Below are positions 24,369-31,616 of a stretch of DNA of 32,000 nucleotides, one piece after another; within the stretch, counting starts at the first letter, position 1; each line of letters begins with the position of its first letter. Below the pieces are notes generated by a model. That model made no database searches and had not been told where the DNA came from. It saw only the letters and a list, made by a program, of their open reading frames with translations. The stretch comes from Acholeplasma laidlawii PG-8A (GTDB lineage Bacteria; Bacillota_I; Bacilli_A; Acholeplasmatales; Acholeplasmataceae): assembly GCF_000018785.1 (NCBI RefSeq), contig NC_010163.1:1110001-1142000 (forward strand). The letters are read 5' to 3'. Both the position numbers and the translations under genes were made by a program.

Positions 24369-25367
24369 TTATTTGGAAATAAGACCCCTGGCTCTTGTAT
24401 ATTGTTTCGGTAATAATTGATCGTCTAATTGAAATATAAAATATGGTTCTTTTAATAATTTACGGCCAAAATACGCCATATCCATTGTGCCATCTAAAAT
24501 AGCGGCTTCTGCCAGTAGCGGATCATCAATTTGTCCACCGCCTATCGTTACTAGGCCAGTTTCCTCTTTAATAATCTTTGCATAAGGCAGTTGGTATCCC
24601 GGATAATCTTTTACAGGTGTAGGTAGAATACCTCCACTTGATACGTTTACGATATCAATTTTATCTTTAAATGTATTTAAAATACTTGCCCAATCATAAG
24701 GTGTCATCCCTAGATCGTGATACTCGTATCCTGATACTCTAATTTGAAGAATTTTTTCTTTTGGAAAATAAAGTAATACTTCATCAATAATTTCTTTTAA
24801 GAATAAAGTACCATCTTTATATTTATCTGTTCTTTGATTTGTAACATCAGATATAAATTGTGCAATTAAATACCCATGTGCACCGTGAAGCTCAATACTA
24901 TCAAAACCTGCCTCATTGGCACGACGTGCTGCTTGGCCAAATGCTTTAACAATTTCTTTAATACCCTCTTCATCCAACATCTTAGGGGTCAAATTCTTAT
25001 CTGAAAAAGGTACATCTGTACTAGATACAATATTGTCGGTGCGAGATTTTCTACCTGCATGAGAGATTTGAACACCAATTTTTGCACCATACTTGTGTAC
25101 TGCATCTACGATTTTCTTTAGTGGTGCTACATGTTTATCATCCCATAAACCTAAATCTTCATAACTAATACGTCCATTTGGTAATACTGCAGTAGATTCA
25201 AGCATAATATAACCTACACCACCGATTGCTCTTGTGACATAATGTACATAGTGAAAATCAGTTGCTACTCCATCTTGTTTTTCTACAGAATACATACACA
25301 TAGGGCTCATCATCACACGGTTTTTAAACTCTGTATCTTTAACCTTAATTGGTTCTAATAGTTTCAT
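24369..25367 (-). CDS. namA: NADPH dehydrogenase, YqjM/NamA-type old yellow enzyme
   Basis: Motifs KNRVMMSPMCMYS, HAGRK and ELHGAHGYL are collinear with B. subtilis YqjM as I remember it. GGAGGT SD. Confidence 0.85.
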   Translation of the reverse strand: MKLLEPIKVKDTEFKNRVMMSPMCMYSVEKQDGVATDFHYVHYVTRAIGGVGYIMLESTAVLPNGRISYEDLGLWDDKHVAPLKKIVDAVHKYGAKIGVQISHAGRKSRTDNIVSSTDVPFSDKNLTPKMLDEEGIKEIVKAFGQAARRANEAGFDSIELHGAHGYLIAQFISDVTNQRTDKYKDGTLFLKEIIDEVLLYFPKEKILQIRVSGYEYHDLGMTPYDWASILNTFKDKIDIVNVSSGGILPTPVKDYPGYQLPYAKIIKEETGLVTIGGGQIDDPLLAEAAILDGTMDMAYFGRKLLKEPYFIFQLDDQLLPKQYTRARGLISK

Positions 25368-25454
25368 ATGTAACCTCCACTTACTTCTATTTTAACATGC
25401 GCTATATCATTAGATTACCCAAATCACTTAAAAATCAATCCCGTAGTAATTGAA

Positions 25455-25477
25455 ATCCACCGTCATTAACGGTGGAT
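25455..25477 (-). terminator. Terminator-like hairpin; putative expression platform of the purine riboswitch
   Basis: 9-bp stem atccaccgt / acggtggat with a 5-nt loop, followed on the minus strand by tttcaatt. It lies 35 nt downstream of the aptamer and 88 nt upstream of the namA ATG. Confidence 0.55.
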
Positions 25478-25511
25478 GGATTGTTTATTTTAATTCATTT
25501 TAAGAAGGAGT

Positions 25512-25585
25512 ATGTACGTAGTCTTAGTTTATCGGAACTAAGGTAGAAACTTAACTACCGAATATTAGTTAATTATACGGTACAT
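25512..25585 (-). promoter_or_regulatory. Purine riboswitch aptamer, guanine-type (RF00167-like)
   Basis: The minus-strand RNA is AUGUACCGUAUAAUUAACUAAUAUUCGGUAGUUAAGUUUCUACCUUAGUUCCGAUAAACUAAGACUACGUACAU. It folds as:
- P1 of 9 bp with one bulged C.
- J1/2 UAA.
- P2 UUAACUA/UAGUUAA.
- J2/3 GUUUCUAC, identical to B. subtilis xpt.
- P3 CUUAGUU/AACUAAG.
- L2 ending in GG opposite L3 starting with CC.
- J3/1 A-C-U, with C at the specificity position. Confidence 0.8.
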
Positions 25586-25600
25586 AAGATACATGTTGAA

Positions 25601-25629
25601 ATTATAACCTATTCACATAAAATTGTAAA
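25601..25629 (-). promoter_or_regulatory. Promoter TTTACA-N17-TATAAT driving the riboswitch leader
   Basis: The minus strand reads TTTACA (25629-25624), a 17-nt spacer, then TATAAT (25606-25601). The aptamer P1 begins 16 nt downstream. Confidence 0.6.
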
Positions 25630-25645
25630 GCCTAATGTTTTACAA
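25622..25645 (-). terminator. AT-rich terminator hairpin after zur
   Basis: 8-bp stem attgtaaa (25622-25629) / tttacaat (25638-25645), followed on the minus strand by tttta. The stem is weak (1 GC pair). Confidence 0.4.
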
Positions 25646-25675
25646 TAATTTAGATTATCAAAACTTCACATAATC

Positions 25676-26041
25676 TTATTCTTGACAGTTTTTACATATA
25701 CCGTAAAGATTTAAATCATGATGTTGAACTTCAAATCCGTAAGTAATTTTAATTTCTTCTATCAAACTATCGATATGACAATCAAACTCATATTTCTTAT
25801 GACAATTCTCACACACCATGAAATGGTGGTGTTCAGCTTCATTTAAATAGTAATACGCTGTATTGTCTAAGTAATTTCTAGAAACCAGTGCATCTTGATG
25901 AAATATTTCTAAGGTTCTATAAATGGTAGACAAATTAAGTTTTTCTCCACCGAGTGCGTTATATATGTCATCAGCACTTTGAGGCTTTTTAGCTCTTTTT
26001 AAAGTATCATAGACCATTTGCCTTTTAGTTGTTAGCTTCAT
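25676..26041 (-). CDS. zur: Fur-family zinc uptake regulator
   Basis: Winged-helix N-terminus, CENCHKKYEFDCH plus a C-terminal CKNC Zn site. It is the last gene of the Zn ABC operon and abuts the permease stop. Confidence 0.8.
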   Translation of the reverse strand: MKLTTKRQMVYDTLKRAKKPQSADDIYNALGGEKLNLSTIYRTLEIFHQDALVSRNYLDNTAYYYLNEAEHHHFMVCENCHKKYEFDCHIDSLIEEIKITYGFEVQHHDLNLYGICKNCQE

Positions 26042-26857
26042 TTATGTAACCCTCCTAAATATAACTTTTTTAATAATAAACAAGACAAGAAATACAAGTG
26101 TATATAATATGACAATAATACTTCCTGCAGGTTGCTTCATGATGTGTGCAAGAATTAGTCCTGTACTAATGACTAAGGTTGACACCACACTTCCAATAAT
26201 CATAAGATCTGGAAATCTTCTTGCAAATAAATTTGATGTTACAACAGGAAATATCAGTAAACTAGAAATTAATAAAACCCCAATACTACGTACACCAATA
26301 ACTACAAATACTCCAGTTAGGGCTGCAAATATGTAATTATATAAATCCACTTTAATACCACTGAATTTTGCATGTTCATAATCAAAGGTAATACTAATAA
26401 GTTTTCTATAACTTAGGATAATGAATAATAACGTTAAACCTAGTAACGCAAGTGTTAAATAAACATCCGCTTCACTTCTAAACCATAAGTTACCAGATAT
26501 TAAACTTTCTAAGTCAATACTAGAATTGGTATATCTAATTAAAATTAAACCGATTGCAAAACCGACACTAGATACAATACCGATTGCACTATCTGCGTGT
26601 ATTTTTGTATACCTAATAAGCCATCTTATAAATATCGATGCTACAATGACAATCGGTATAGCAATATAAAATGGGTTATCTATAAAAAAGATACCAACAA
26701 CTAGTGCAGCAAAACTTACATGACTTAGTCCATCTGCGATTAAACTTTGTTCATTTAATACAACAAAAGGACTTAATAAACTTGCTGTAAGTCCAAGGAG
26801 TAAGACAATCATAATACCATACTTTAGGGTATCAAAAATCAATAATAGATCAGTCAT
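26042..26857 (-). CDS. znuB: Zinc/manganese ABC transporter permease (ABC-3 family)
   Basis: 8-9 TM helices. The ATG at 26857 overlaps the znuC stop (ATGACTGA), indicating translational coupling. The track start at 26878 is probably an over-extension. Confidence 0.85.
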   Translation of the reverse strand: MTDLLLIFDTLKYGIMIVLLLGLTASLLSPFVVLNEQSLIADGLSHVSFAALVVGIFFIDNPFYIAIPIVIVASIFIRWLIRYTKIHADSAIGIVSSVGFAIGLILIRYTNSSIDLESLISGNLWFRSEADVYLTLALLGLTLLFIILSYRKLISITFDYEHAKFSGIKVDLYNYIFAALTGVFVVIGVRSIGVLLISSLLIFPVVTSNLFARRFPDLMIIGSVVSTLVISTGLILAHIMKQPAGSIIVILYTLVFLVLFIIKKVIFRRVT

Positions 26858-27545
26858 GATGGTGGCCCTCGTGTTCAAATTTGTTGTAGTCTATGTATGT
26901 ACCAAAGAATTTAATTTCTTGATCCACATACATGACTAAACTATTTTCCAAAATAACATCTGTTAAATCATGTGTAATATGAATAATCGTTAGATTGTTA
27001 TTTCGTCTAATGTCTTTAATCAGTTCATAAAAATATTCTCTAAAATTAGGATCAAGTGCACTAGCAGGCTCATCTAATATGAGTACTTCTGGATTTGATA
27101 TTAAACTTCTAATTAAATAAATACGTTGTAGTTGACCACCGGATAAGTGACTTACCTTTTCATTTAATAGCGATGTATCTAACTTCATTTTAGTTAACCA
27201 CTCAACGATGAGTGCTTTATCACTTTTAGATATGATAAGGCGTTGTTTGGTAAACCCTGTATAGATAAACTCTAATACGGTTAAAGGGATATTTCTTTTA
27301 ATGGTTAATTTTTGAGGCACATAACCCATGTTTAGATCTTGCATGATGATTTGTCCATGTTTTGGTTTGATTTGGTGAATTAAGCTTTTAATTAAGGTGG
27401 TTTTACCTGCACCATTTGGTCCAACGATGTTTAAAAAGTCATTTTGGTGCACGGTAAAACTTGCATGCTTAATGACGTCTAAATAACCATAAGAAAGGGT
27501 TACATCTTTATATTCAATTAAACAATTTGAACAATTAGGTTTCAT
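26850..27545 (-). CDS. znuC: Zinc ABC transporter ATP-binding protein
   Basis: Walker A GPNGAGKTT, signature LSGGQLQR and Walker B LILDEP. The C-terminal tail is His-rich (EHEGHHHD). Confidence 0.9.
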   Translation of the reverse strand: MKPNCSNCLIEYKDVTLSYGYLDVIKHASFTVHQNDFLNIVGPNGAGKTTLIKSLIHQIKPKHGQIIMQDLNMGYVPQKLTIKRNIPLTVLEFIYTGFTKQRLIISKSDKALIVEWLTKMKLDTSLLNEKVSHLSGGQLQRIYLIRSLISNPEVLILDEPASALDPNFREYFYELIKDIRRNNNLTIIHITHDLTDVILENSLVMYVDQEIKFFGTYIDYNKFEHEGHHHD

Positions 27546-27549
27546 AGTT

Positions 27550-28476
27550 TTAATTTGCCATTTCTAAGTGATTTATATTTCTTTCAATTAATTCATAGTA
27601 ACCAATATTATTTTTATAATCTTCTTTAGATATTTTATGGAAGGTGTGTAGTTCAAGTATTTCTATATTAGGTATTTGTGCTTTAATATAGTTTACTGTA
27701 GTTTGATCAGGTGTTTCTTCCATATACATTGTTGTTATGCCATTATTTTTTAATGCACTAACAAATGCTAGTACTTGAGCACTGGTTGCTTCTGTATTAG
27801 GTGATACATTTTCATCTAGTGCAATAATATTTAAATTAAATGCTTCACTAAAGCCGTTTAGTGCATTATGTCCAATAAAATAAACATCTAAAGGTACTAA
27901 AGTTTCTCTACTATCATGATATGGTGTAATTAGATTGGTAAGTTTATCATAATAGTCATGTGCATTTTCATCAAATACTTGTTTTAATTCCGGATATAGT
28001 TCACCTAAGTAGTCACTTAGATTTTGTACAATTGTTGCTACATAAAACGGATTAGATATAAAGTCAAATCCGTGATCATGGTCATCATGCATATCTTCTT
28101 CATGATCATGCCATGTTTCTTCATCATGTGTTACTTCTAAATTAAGTAACACTTCAAAAGATGTAAAGGCACCATCACCGATGACACTAGATACATTATT
28201 TTCAGATACTAACCAAGGTGATGCATTAATGGATGTATAGATAAAGATATCTGATTTCTTTAAATCTACTAAATCACTGCTACTTGGTTCATAAGTGTGA
28301 TAGTCCATATGGATGGGTTGTAGCGTTTTAATGGTGAGTTCATCACCTGTAACTTGCTTAACAATATCATATGTGAAGTAATCAGATACAACAATATCAT
28401 AATGATATGATGAGCCACAAGCATATAAAATTAATAAAGGTGATAAAATAAAAAGTGTAACAAATAGTTTTTTCAT
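27550..28476 (-). CDS. znuA: Zinc ABC transporter substrate-binding lipoprotein (ZnuA/AdcA, cluster A-I)
   Basis: Lipobox ILYAC|G. An acidic His-rich loop (HDEETWHDHEEDMHDDHDHG) is characteristic of Zn-specific SBPs. Confidence 0.9.
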   Translation of the reverse strand: MKKLFVTLFILSPLLILYACGSSYHYDIVVSDYFTYDIVKQVTGDELTIKTLQPIHMDYHTYEPSSSDLVDLKKSDIFIYTSINASPWLVSENNVSSVIGDGAFTSFEVLLNLEVTHDEETWHDHEEDMHDDHDHGFDFISNPFYVATIVQNLSDYLGELYPELKQVFDENAHDYYDKLTNLITPYHDSRETLVPLDVYFIGHNALNGFSEAFNLNIIALDENVSPNTEATSAQVLAFVSALKNNGITTMYMEETPDQTTVNYIKAQIPNIEILELHTFHKISKEDYKNNIGYYELIERNINHLEMAN

Positions 28477-28492
28477 GTCGAATTCCCTCTTT

Positions 28493-28507
28493 TGCGAATC
28501 ATTTGCA
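28493..28507. promoter_or_regulatory. Zur box 1 (Fur-type 7-1-7 inverted repeat)
   Basis: TGCGAAT-C-ATTTGCA lies inside the longer palindrome cttttgcgaatcatttgcaaaag (28489-28511). It sits just downstream of the znuA -10 (TATAAT, plus 28513-28518). Confidence 0.65.
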
Positions 28508-28535
28508 AAAGTATTATATCACACAAAATAGACTT

Positions 28536-28550
28536 TGCAAACGATTTGCA
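28536..28550. promoter_or_regulatory. Zur box 2 (Fur-type 7-1-7 inverted repeat)
   Basis: TGCAAAC-G-ATTTGCA overlaps the znuA -35 (TTGCAA, 28535-28540). It lies between the putative ogt promoter and the ogt SD. Confidence 0.6.
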
Positions 28551-28567
28551 AAAGAAAGGTGCATGCA

Positions 28568-29035
28568 ATGTTGTATTATGATTTCATAAGCTATGGTGAT
28601 TGGACCTTTACCATTAAAGTGTCCAAAAACGGTTTAAAATCTATTGATATTTATAATCATCAAGACCTTTCAAATTTAACCTTAAACAAAGAAATAACTG
28701 CACCGTATATTCAAATACTTGATAACTATTTTAAAGGTATACCCATACCTAAAGATATTAAACTTGATTTAGAAGGTAGTTCATTTGAAAAATTAGTGTG
28801 GCAACAATTAATTGAGATACCTTACGGAAAGACTGCATCCTATAAAGATATTGCAGTTAGAATTTCAAACCCACGAGCATATCAAGCCGTTGGTAATGCG
28901 GTGGGCAGTAATCCTTTATTGATCGTCATACCTTGCCATAGGGTGATCAAATCAGATGGCAGGTTAGGTGGATTCTCATCAGATATTCAGTTAAAAATAG
29001 ATTTATTACATAAAGAAGGGGGAAAGTATTTATGA
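28568..29035 (+). CDS. ogt: Methylated-DNA-protein-cysteine S-methyltransferase
   Basis: Active site IPCHRVI, with YGKTASYKDIA...NAVGSNP before it. I prefer ATG 28568 with an AAAGGTG SD. The track's TTG 28535 lies inside Zur box 2. Confidence 0.85.
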   Translation: MLYYDFISYGDWTFTIKVSKNGLKSIDIYNHQDLSNLTLNKEITAPYIQILDNYFKGIPIPKDIKLDLEGSSFEKLVWQQLIEIPYGKTASYKDIAVRISNPRAYQAVGNAVGSNPLLIVIPCHRVIKSDGRLGGFSSDIQLKIDLLHKEGGKYL

Positions 29036-29907
29036 AGAAACTTTATGATTTTTATCTAAACCAATTGAAACATACCCATTATGTTGAACTAAATTTTGAG
29101 CAGTTTGGAGATATGCTTACTAATTTAGAATATATTGTACAACGAGTAGATAATGAAATTTGTGGTCTACTCATCTATAGTGTAGATGAGTTTGTAGATA
29201 TCAATTTAGTTATTGGTGAAGCCTCTAGCTATAAACCACTGATTCAGCAACTCATTGATAAGACCACTAAAGATATACGTATTCACTATCATAAGCCTTA
29301 CCACTTAGCATGGTATGCTAAGGAACATATGATTCACCCTAATGAACAAGGGGTTATTTATGATAGTCAGTTACATAAGACCTATCTTGAACTAGGTTTT
29401 AAAGAAACTTCTATTCAAGAAACCTACTTTTTAGATTTAAAACAATTTAAATTAGATAATACAATTAGTGAAAAATTAGAGACACTTAATTATAAAGGTT
29501 ATGACGTGACACTTTATAATCCACTTAAACATAAGGGTATGGATATCTTTTTAACTAAACTTCAAAGTGACTCTTTTAGATACGCGATTATGGCTAATTT
29601 ATCTAGAAAGCGACCTGATCCACTTTTGATTGTGACAAAAGATAATCAAGTCATGGGATTTTCAGGTCCACTATTAATAGCTAACGATTTTAGGGGCATG
29701 TTTTCTGGTATAGAAATCGTGAGTGAAGTACGCGGTCTAGGTTTAGGTAAAATACTTTTCCAAAAACTTTGTCAAACCCTTCAACAAATGGGTGCTAAGT
29801 ATATGACACTTTTTACAGGAAACAAAAACGCTGCTAAATACATATATTTAAGTGCAGGATTTGAAATTGTTCAAAAGTTTGCACTTATGGTGTATGAAAG
29901 ACATTAA
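29032..29907 (+). CDS. GNAT-family N-acetyltransferase (two-domain, 291 aa)
   Basis: The C-terminal acetyl-CoA motif A is VRGLGLGKILFQKL, followed by AAKYIYLSAGFEIV. The ATGA start/stop overlaps ogt. Confidence 0.7.
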   Translation: MKKLYDFYLNQLKHTHYVELNFEQFGDMLTNLEYIVQRVDNEICGLLIYSVDEFVDINLVIGEASSYKPLIQQLIDKTTKDIRIHYHKPYHLAWYAKEHMIHPNEQGVIYDSQLHKTYLELGFKETSIQETYFLDLKQFKLDNTISEKLETLNYKGYDVTLYNPLKHKGMDIFLTKLQSDSFRYAIMANLSRKRPDPLLIVTKDNQVMGFSGPLLIANDFRGMFSGIEIVSEVRGLGLGKILFQKLCQTLQQMGAKYMTLFTGNKNAAKYIYLSAGFEIVQKFALMVYERH

Positions 29908-29912
29908 TAAAA

Positions 29913-29946
29913 ACAGGTGAAGTCATATGAATATGATTTCTCCTGT
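29913..29946. terminator. Bidirectional terminator between the GNAT gene and the ABC-F gene
   Basis: Long imperfect hairpin acagg-t-gaagtcatat...atatgatttc-t-cctgt, with T-runs flanking on both strands. Confidence 0.65.
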
Positions 29947-29953
29947 ATTATTT

Positions 29954-31537
29954 TTATCTGTTTTCTAAGTATGTTTCATAATCAACGATATGTTCAATGA
30001 ACTTACCTGCTTCATCAATTTCAAATAAGCGTGTAGCTGTTGTTGACACTAATTGATGATCTTGTGTAGTAAATAATAACACACCTTTAAATTCTTGTAA
30101 GCCTTTATTTAGTGCTGTAATAGATTCCATATCTAAGTGGTTGGTTGGCTCATCAAGGATAAGTGTATTTTTTTCTTCAATCATAAGTCTAGACATTAAG
30201 AGTCTTACACGTTCTCCACCACTTAGTACATTAATTTTCTTTAAAGCGTCTTCGCCACTAAATAGCATACGTCCCAAAAAGCCTCTTACATATGTATTTT
30301 CTTTGTTTTTAGAATAATCTGTTAACCAGTCAACCATCACGGTTGGCTTTTTAAATTCAAAGTTGTTATCTTTTCTAAAGTAACCTTTAATAACAGTCTC
30401 GCCCCATTTAAATGAACCAGCATCTGGTGTATCTACTTCATTTAAAATGTTGAATAAGACAGTTGCTGCTTTATCGTTTAAACCAATAAATGCAACCTTA
30501 TCTGTTTTACCTAATGTAAATGTTACATTGTCTAAGACTTTTACACCATCAATTGTTTTAGATAAGTTTTCCACTTTTAAGATATCATCACCTAAAGATT
30601 TTTCATACTTAAAGTTAATATATGGATATCTTCTTGTACTTGGTCTAATTTCTGTTAACTCAATTTTTTCTAATGCTTTCTTTCTTGATGTTGCTTGTTT
30701 AGATTTAGAAGCATTCGCGCTAAAGCGAGAAATAAAGTCTTGTAATTCTTTAATTTTTTCTTCACTCTTTTTGTTTTGTTCTTTAGCTTGTCTTAACATT
30801 AATTGACTAGACTCATACCAAAAATCATAGTTACCAGCATAAAGAGTTACTTGTTTATAGTCAATGTCTGCAATGTGTGTACACACTTTGTTTAAAAAGT
30901 ATCTATCGTGAGATACAACAATGACTGTATTTTCAAAATCCATTAAAAAGTTTTCTAACCATAACACAGCTTTAGTATCTAAGTGGTTGGTTGGCTCATC
31001 TAGTAATAAAACATCTGGTTGATCAAATAAACTTTGAGCAAGTAATACTTTAACCTTATCATTGCTTGATAAGTCTTTCATAAGTTCATAATGCTTTTCA
31101 ACATCAATACCTAATCCAGTGAGTAAAATAGCTGCATCAGACTCGGCATTCCAACCGTTCATATCATCAAATAAACTTTCTAGTTCTCCAGCTTTAATAC
31201 CGTCTTCTTCACTAAAATCAGGTTTAGCATAGATTTCATTTTTTTCTATCATGATTTGGTATAACTTTTTATTACCCTGAATTACTGTATCAATGACAGT
31301 AAACTCATCATATTTAAATTGATCTTGTTCTAAAAAAGATAATCTCTGATTTTGGTCCATAGTAATGGTACCTCTTGTAGTAGGTAACTTACCAGCCAAT
31401 ATTTTTAGTAACGTAGATTTACCGGCACCATTAGCGCCAATAACACCATAACAATTACCTTTAGTGAATTTTAAATTGACATCTTCAAATAAGATATCTT
31501 TACCGATTTGATACGTAACATTTGACACATTTAACAT
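29954..31537 (-). CDS. ABC-F family ATPase (YbiT-like, two NBDs, no TMD)
   Basis: NBD1 has GANGAGKST and LLLDEPTNHLD. The linker contains SRFSANASKSKQATSRKK. NBD2 has LSGGERVR and LILDEPTNHLD. I prefer ATG 31537 with a GGAGGT SD; the track start at 31576 is an over-extension. Confidence 0.85.
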   Translation of the reverse strand: MLNVSNVTYQIGKDILFEDVNLKFTKGNCYGVIGANGAGKSTLLKILAGKLPTTRGTITMDQNQRLSFLEQDQFKYDEFTVIDTVIQGNKKLYQIMIEKNEIYAKPDFSEEDGIKAGELESLFDDMNGWNAESDAAILLTGLGIDVEKHYELMKDLSSNDKVKVLLAQSLFDQPDVLLLDEPTNHLDTKAVLWLENFLMDFENTVIVVSHDRYFLNKVCTHIADIDYKQVTLYAGNYDFWYESSQLMLRQAKEQNKKSEEKIKELQDFISRFSANASKSKQATSRKKALEKIELTEIRPSTRRYPYINFKYEKSLGDDILKVENLSKTIDGVKVLDNVTFTLGKTDKVAFIGLNDKAATVLFNILNEVDTPDAGSFKWGETVIKGYFRKDNNFEFKKPTVMVDWLTDYSKNKENTYVRGFLGRMLFSGEDALKKINVLSGGERVRLLMSRLMIEEKNTLILDEPTNHLDMESITALNKGLQEFKGVLLFTTQDHQLVSTTATRLFEIDEAGKFIEHIVDYETYLENR

Positions 31538-31616
31538 AATAAAAAAACCTCCAACATGATAAACCTTACATATCATATCACAAGTGGAGGTTTTATTCTA
31601 TTTATATGTTATATTT

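Noticed and set aside
25512-25585. I first read the nested hairpins closed by a long-range stem as a tRNA-like cloverleaf or a degenerate tRNA.
   Set aside because: There is no T-loop (GTTCRA), no D-loop signature and no CCA-compatible acceptor. On the minus strand the junction sequences match the purine riboswitch core instead, so it is reported as that.
385-30806. Fourteen 61-137-aa ORFs in the track that lie antisense inside larger genes: 385-603, 1047-1277, 2026-2217, 6647-6844, 9268-9585, 12046-12339, 12231-12455, 12699-12884, 14552-14884, 15398-15811, 17762-17956, 17990-18298, 26109-26336 and 30447-30806.
   Set aside because: Each is fully embedded opposite a well-supported, motif-bearing gene. 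They have low-complexity or Ser/Leu/Ile-rich composition typical of shadow frames in AT-rich DNA, and I could not see an SD for any of them.
1686-31576. N-terminal extensions of track ORFs: floT 1686-1754, dpnM 8803-8823, NUDIX 10007-10102, capD 16024-16068, pyk 17711-17728, znuB 26858-26878, ogt 28535-28567 and ABC-F 31538-31576.
   Set aside because: In each case an internal ATG is preceded by a good Shine-Dalgarno sequence at 5-10 nt. The extension either overlaps the upstream gene or operator, or adds residues absent from the family N-terminus.
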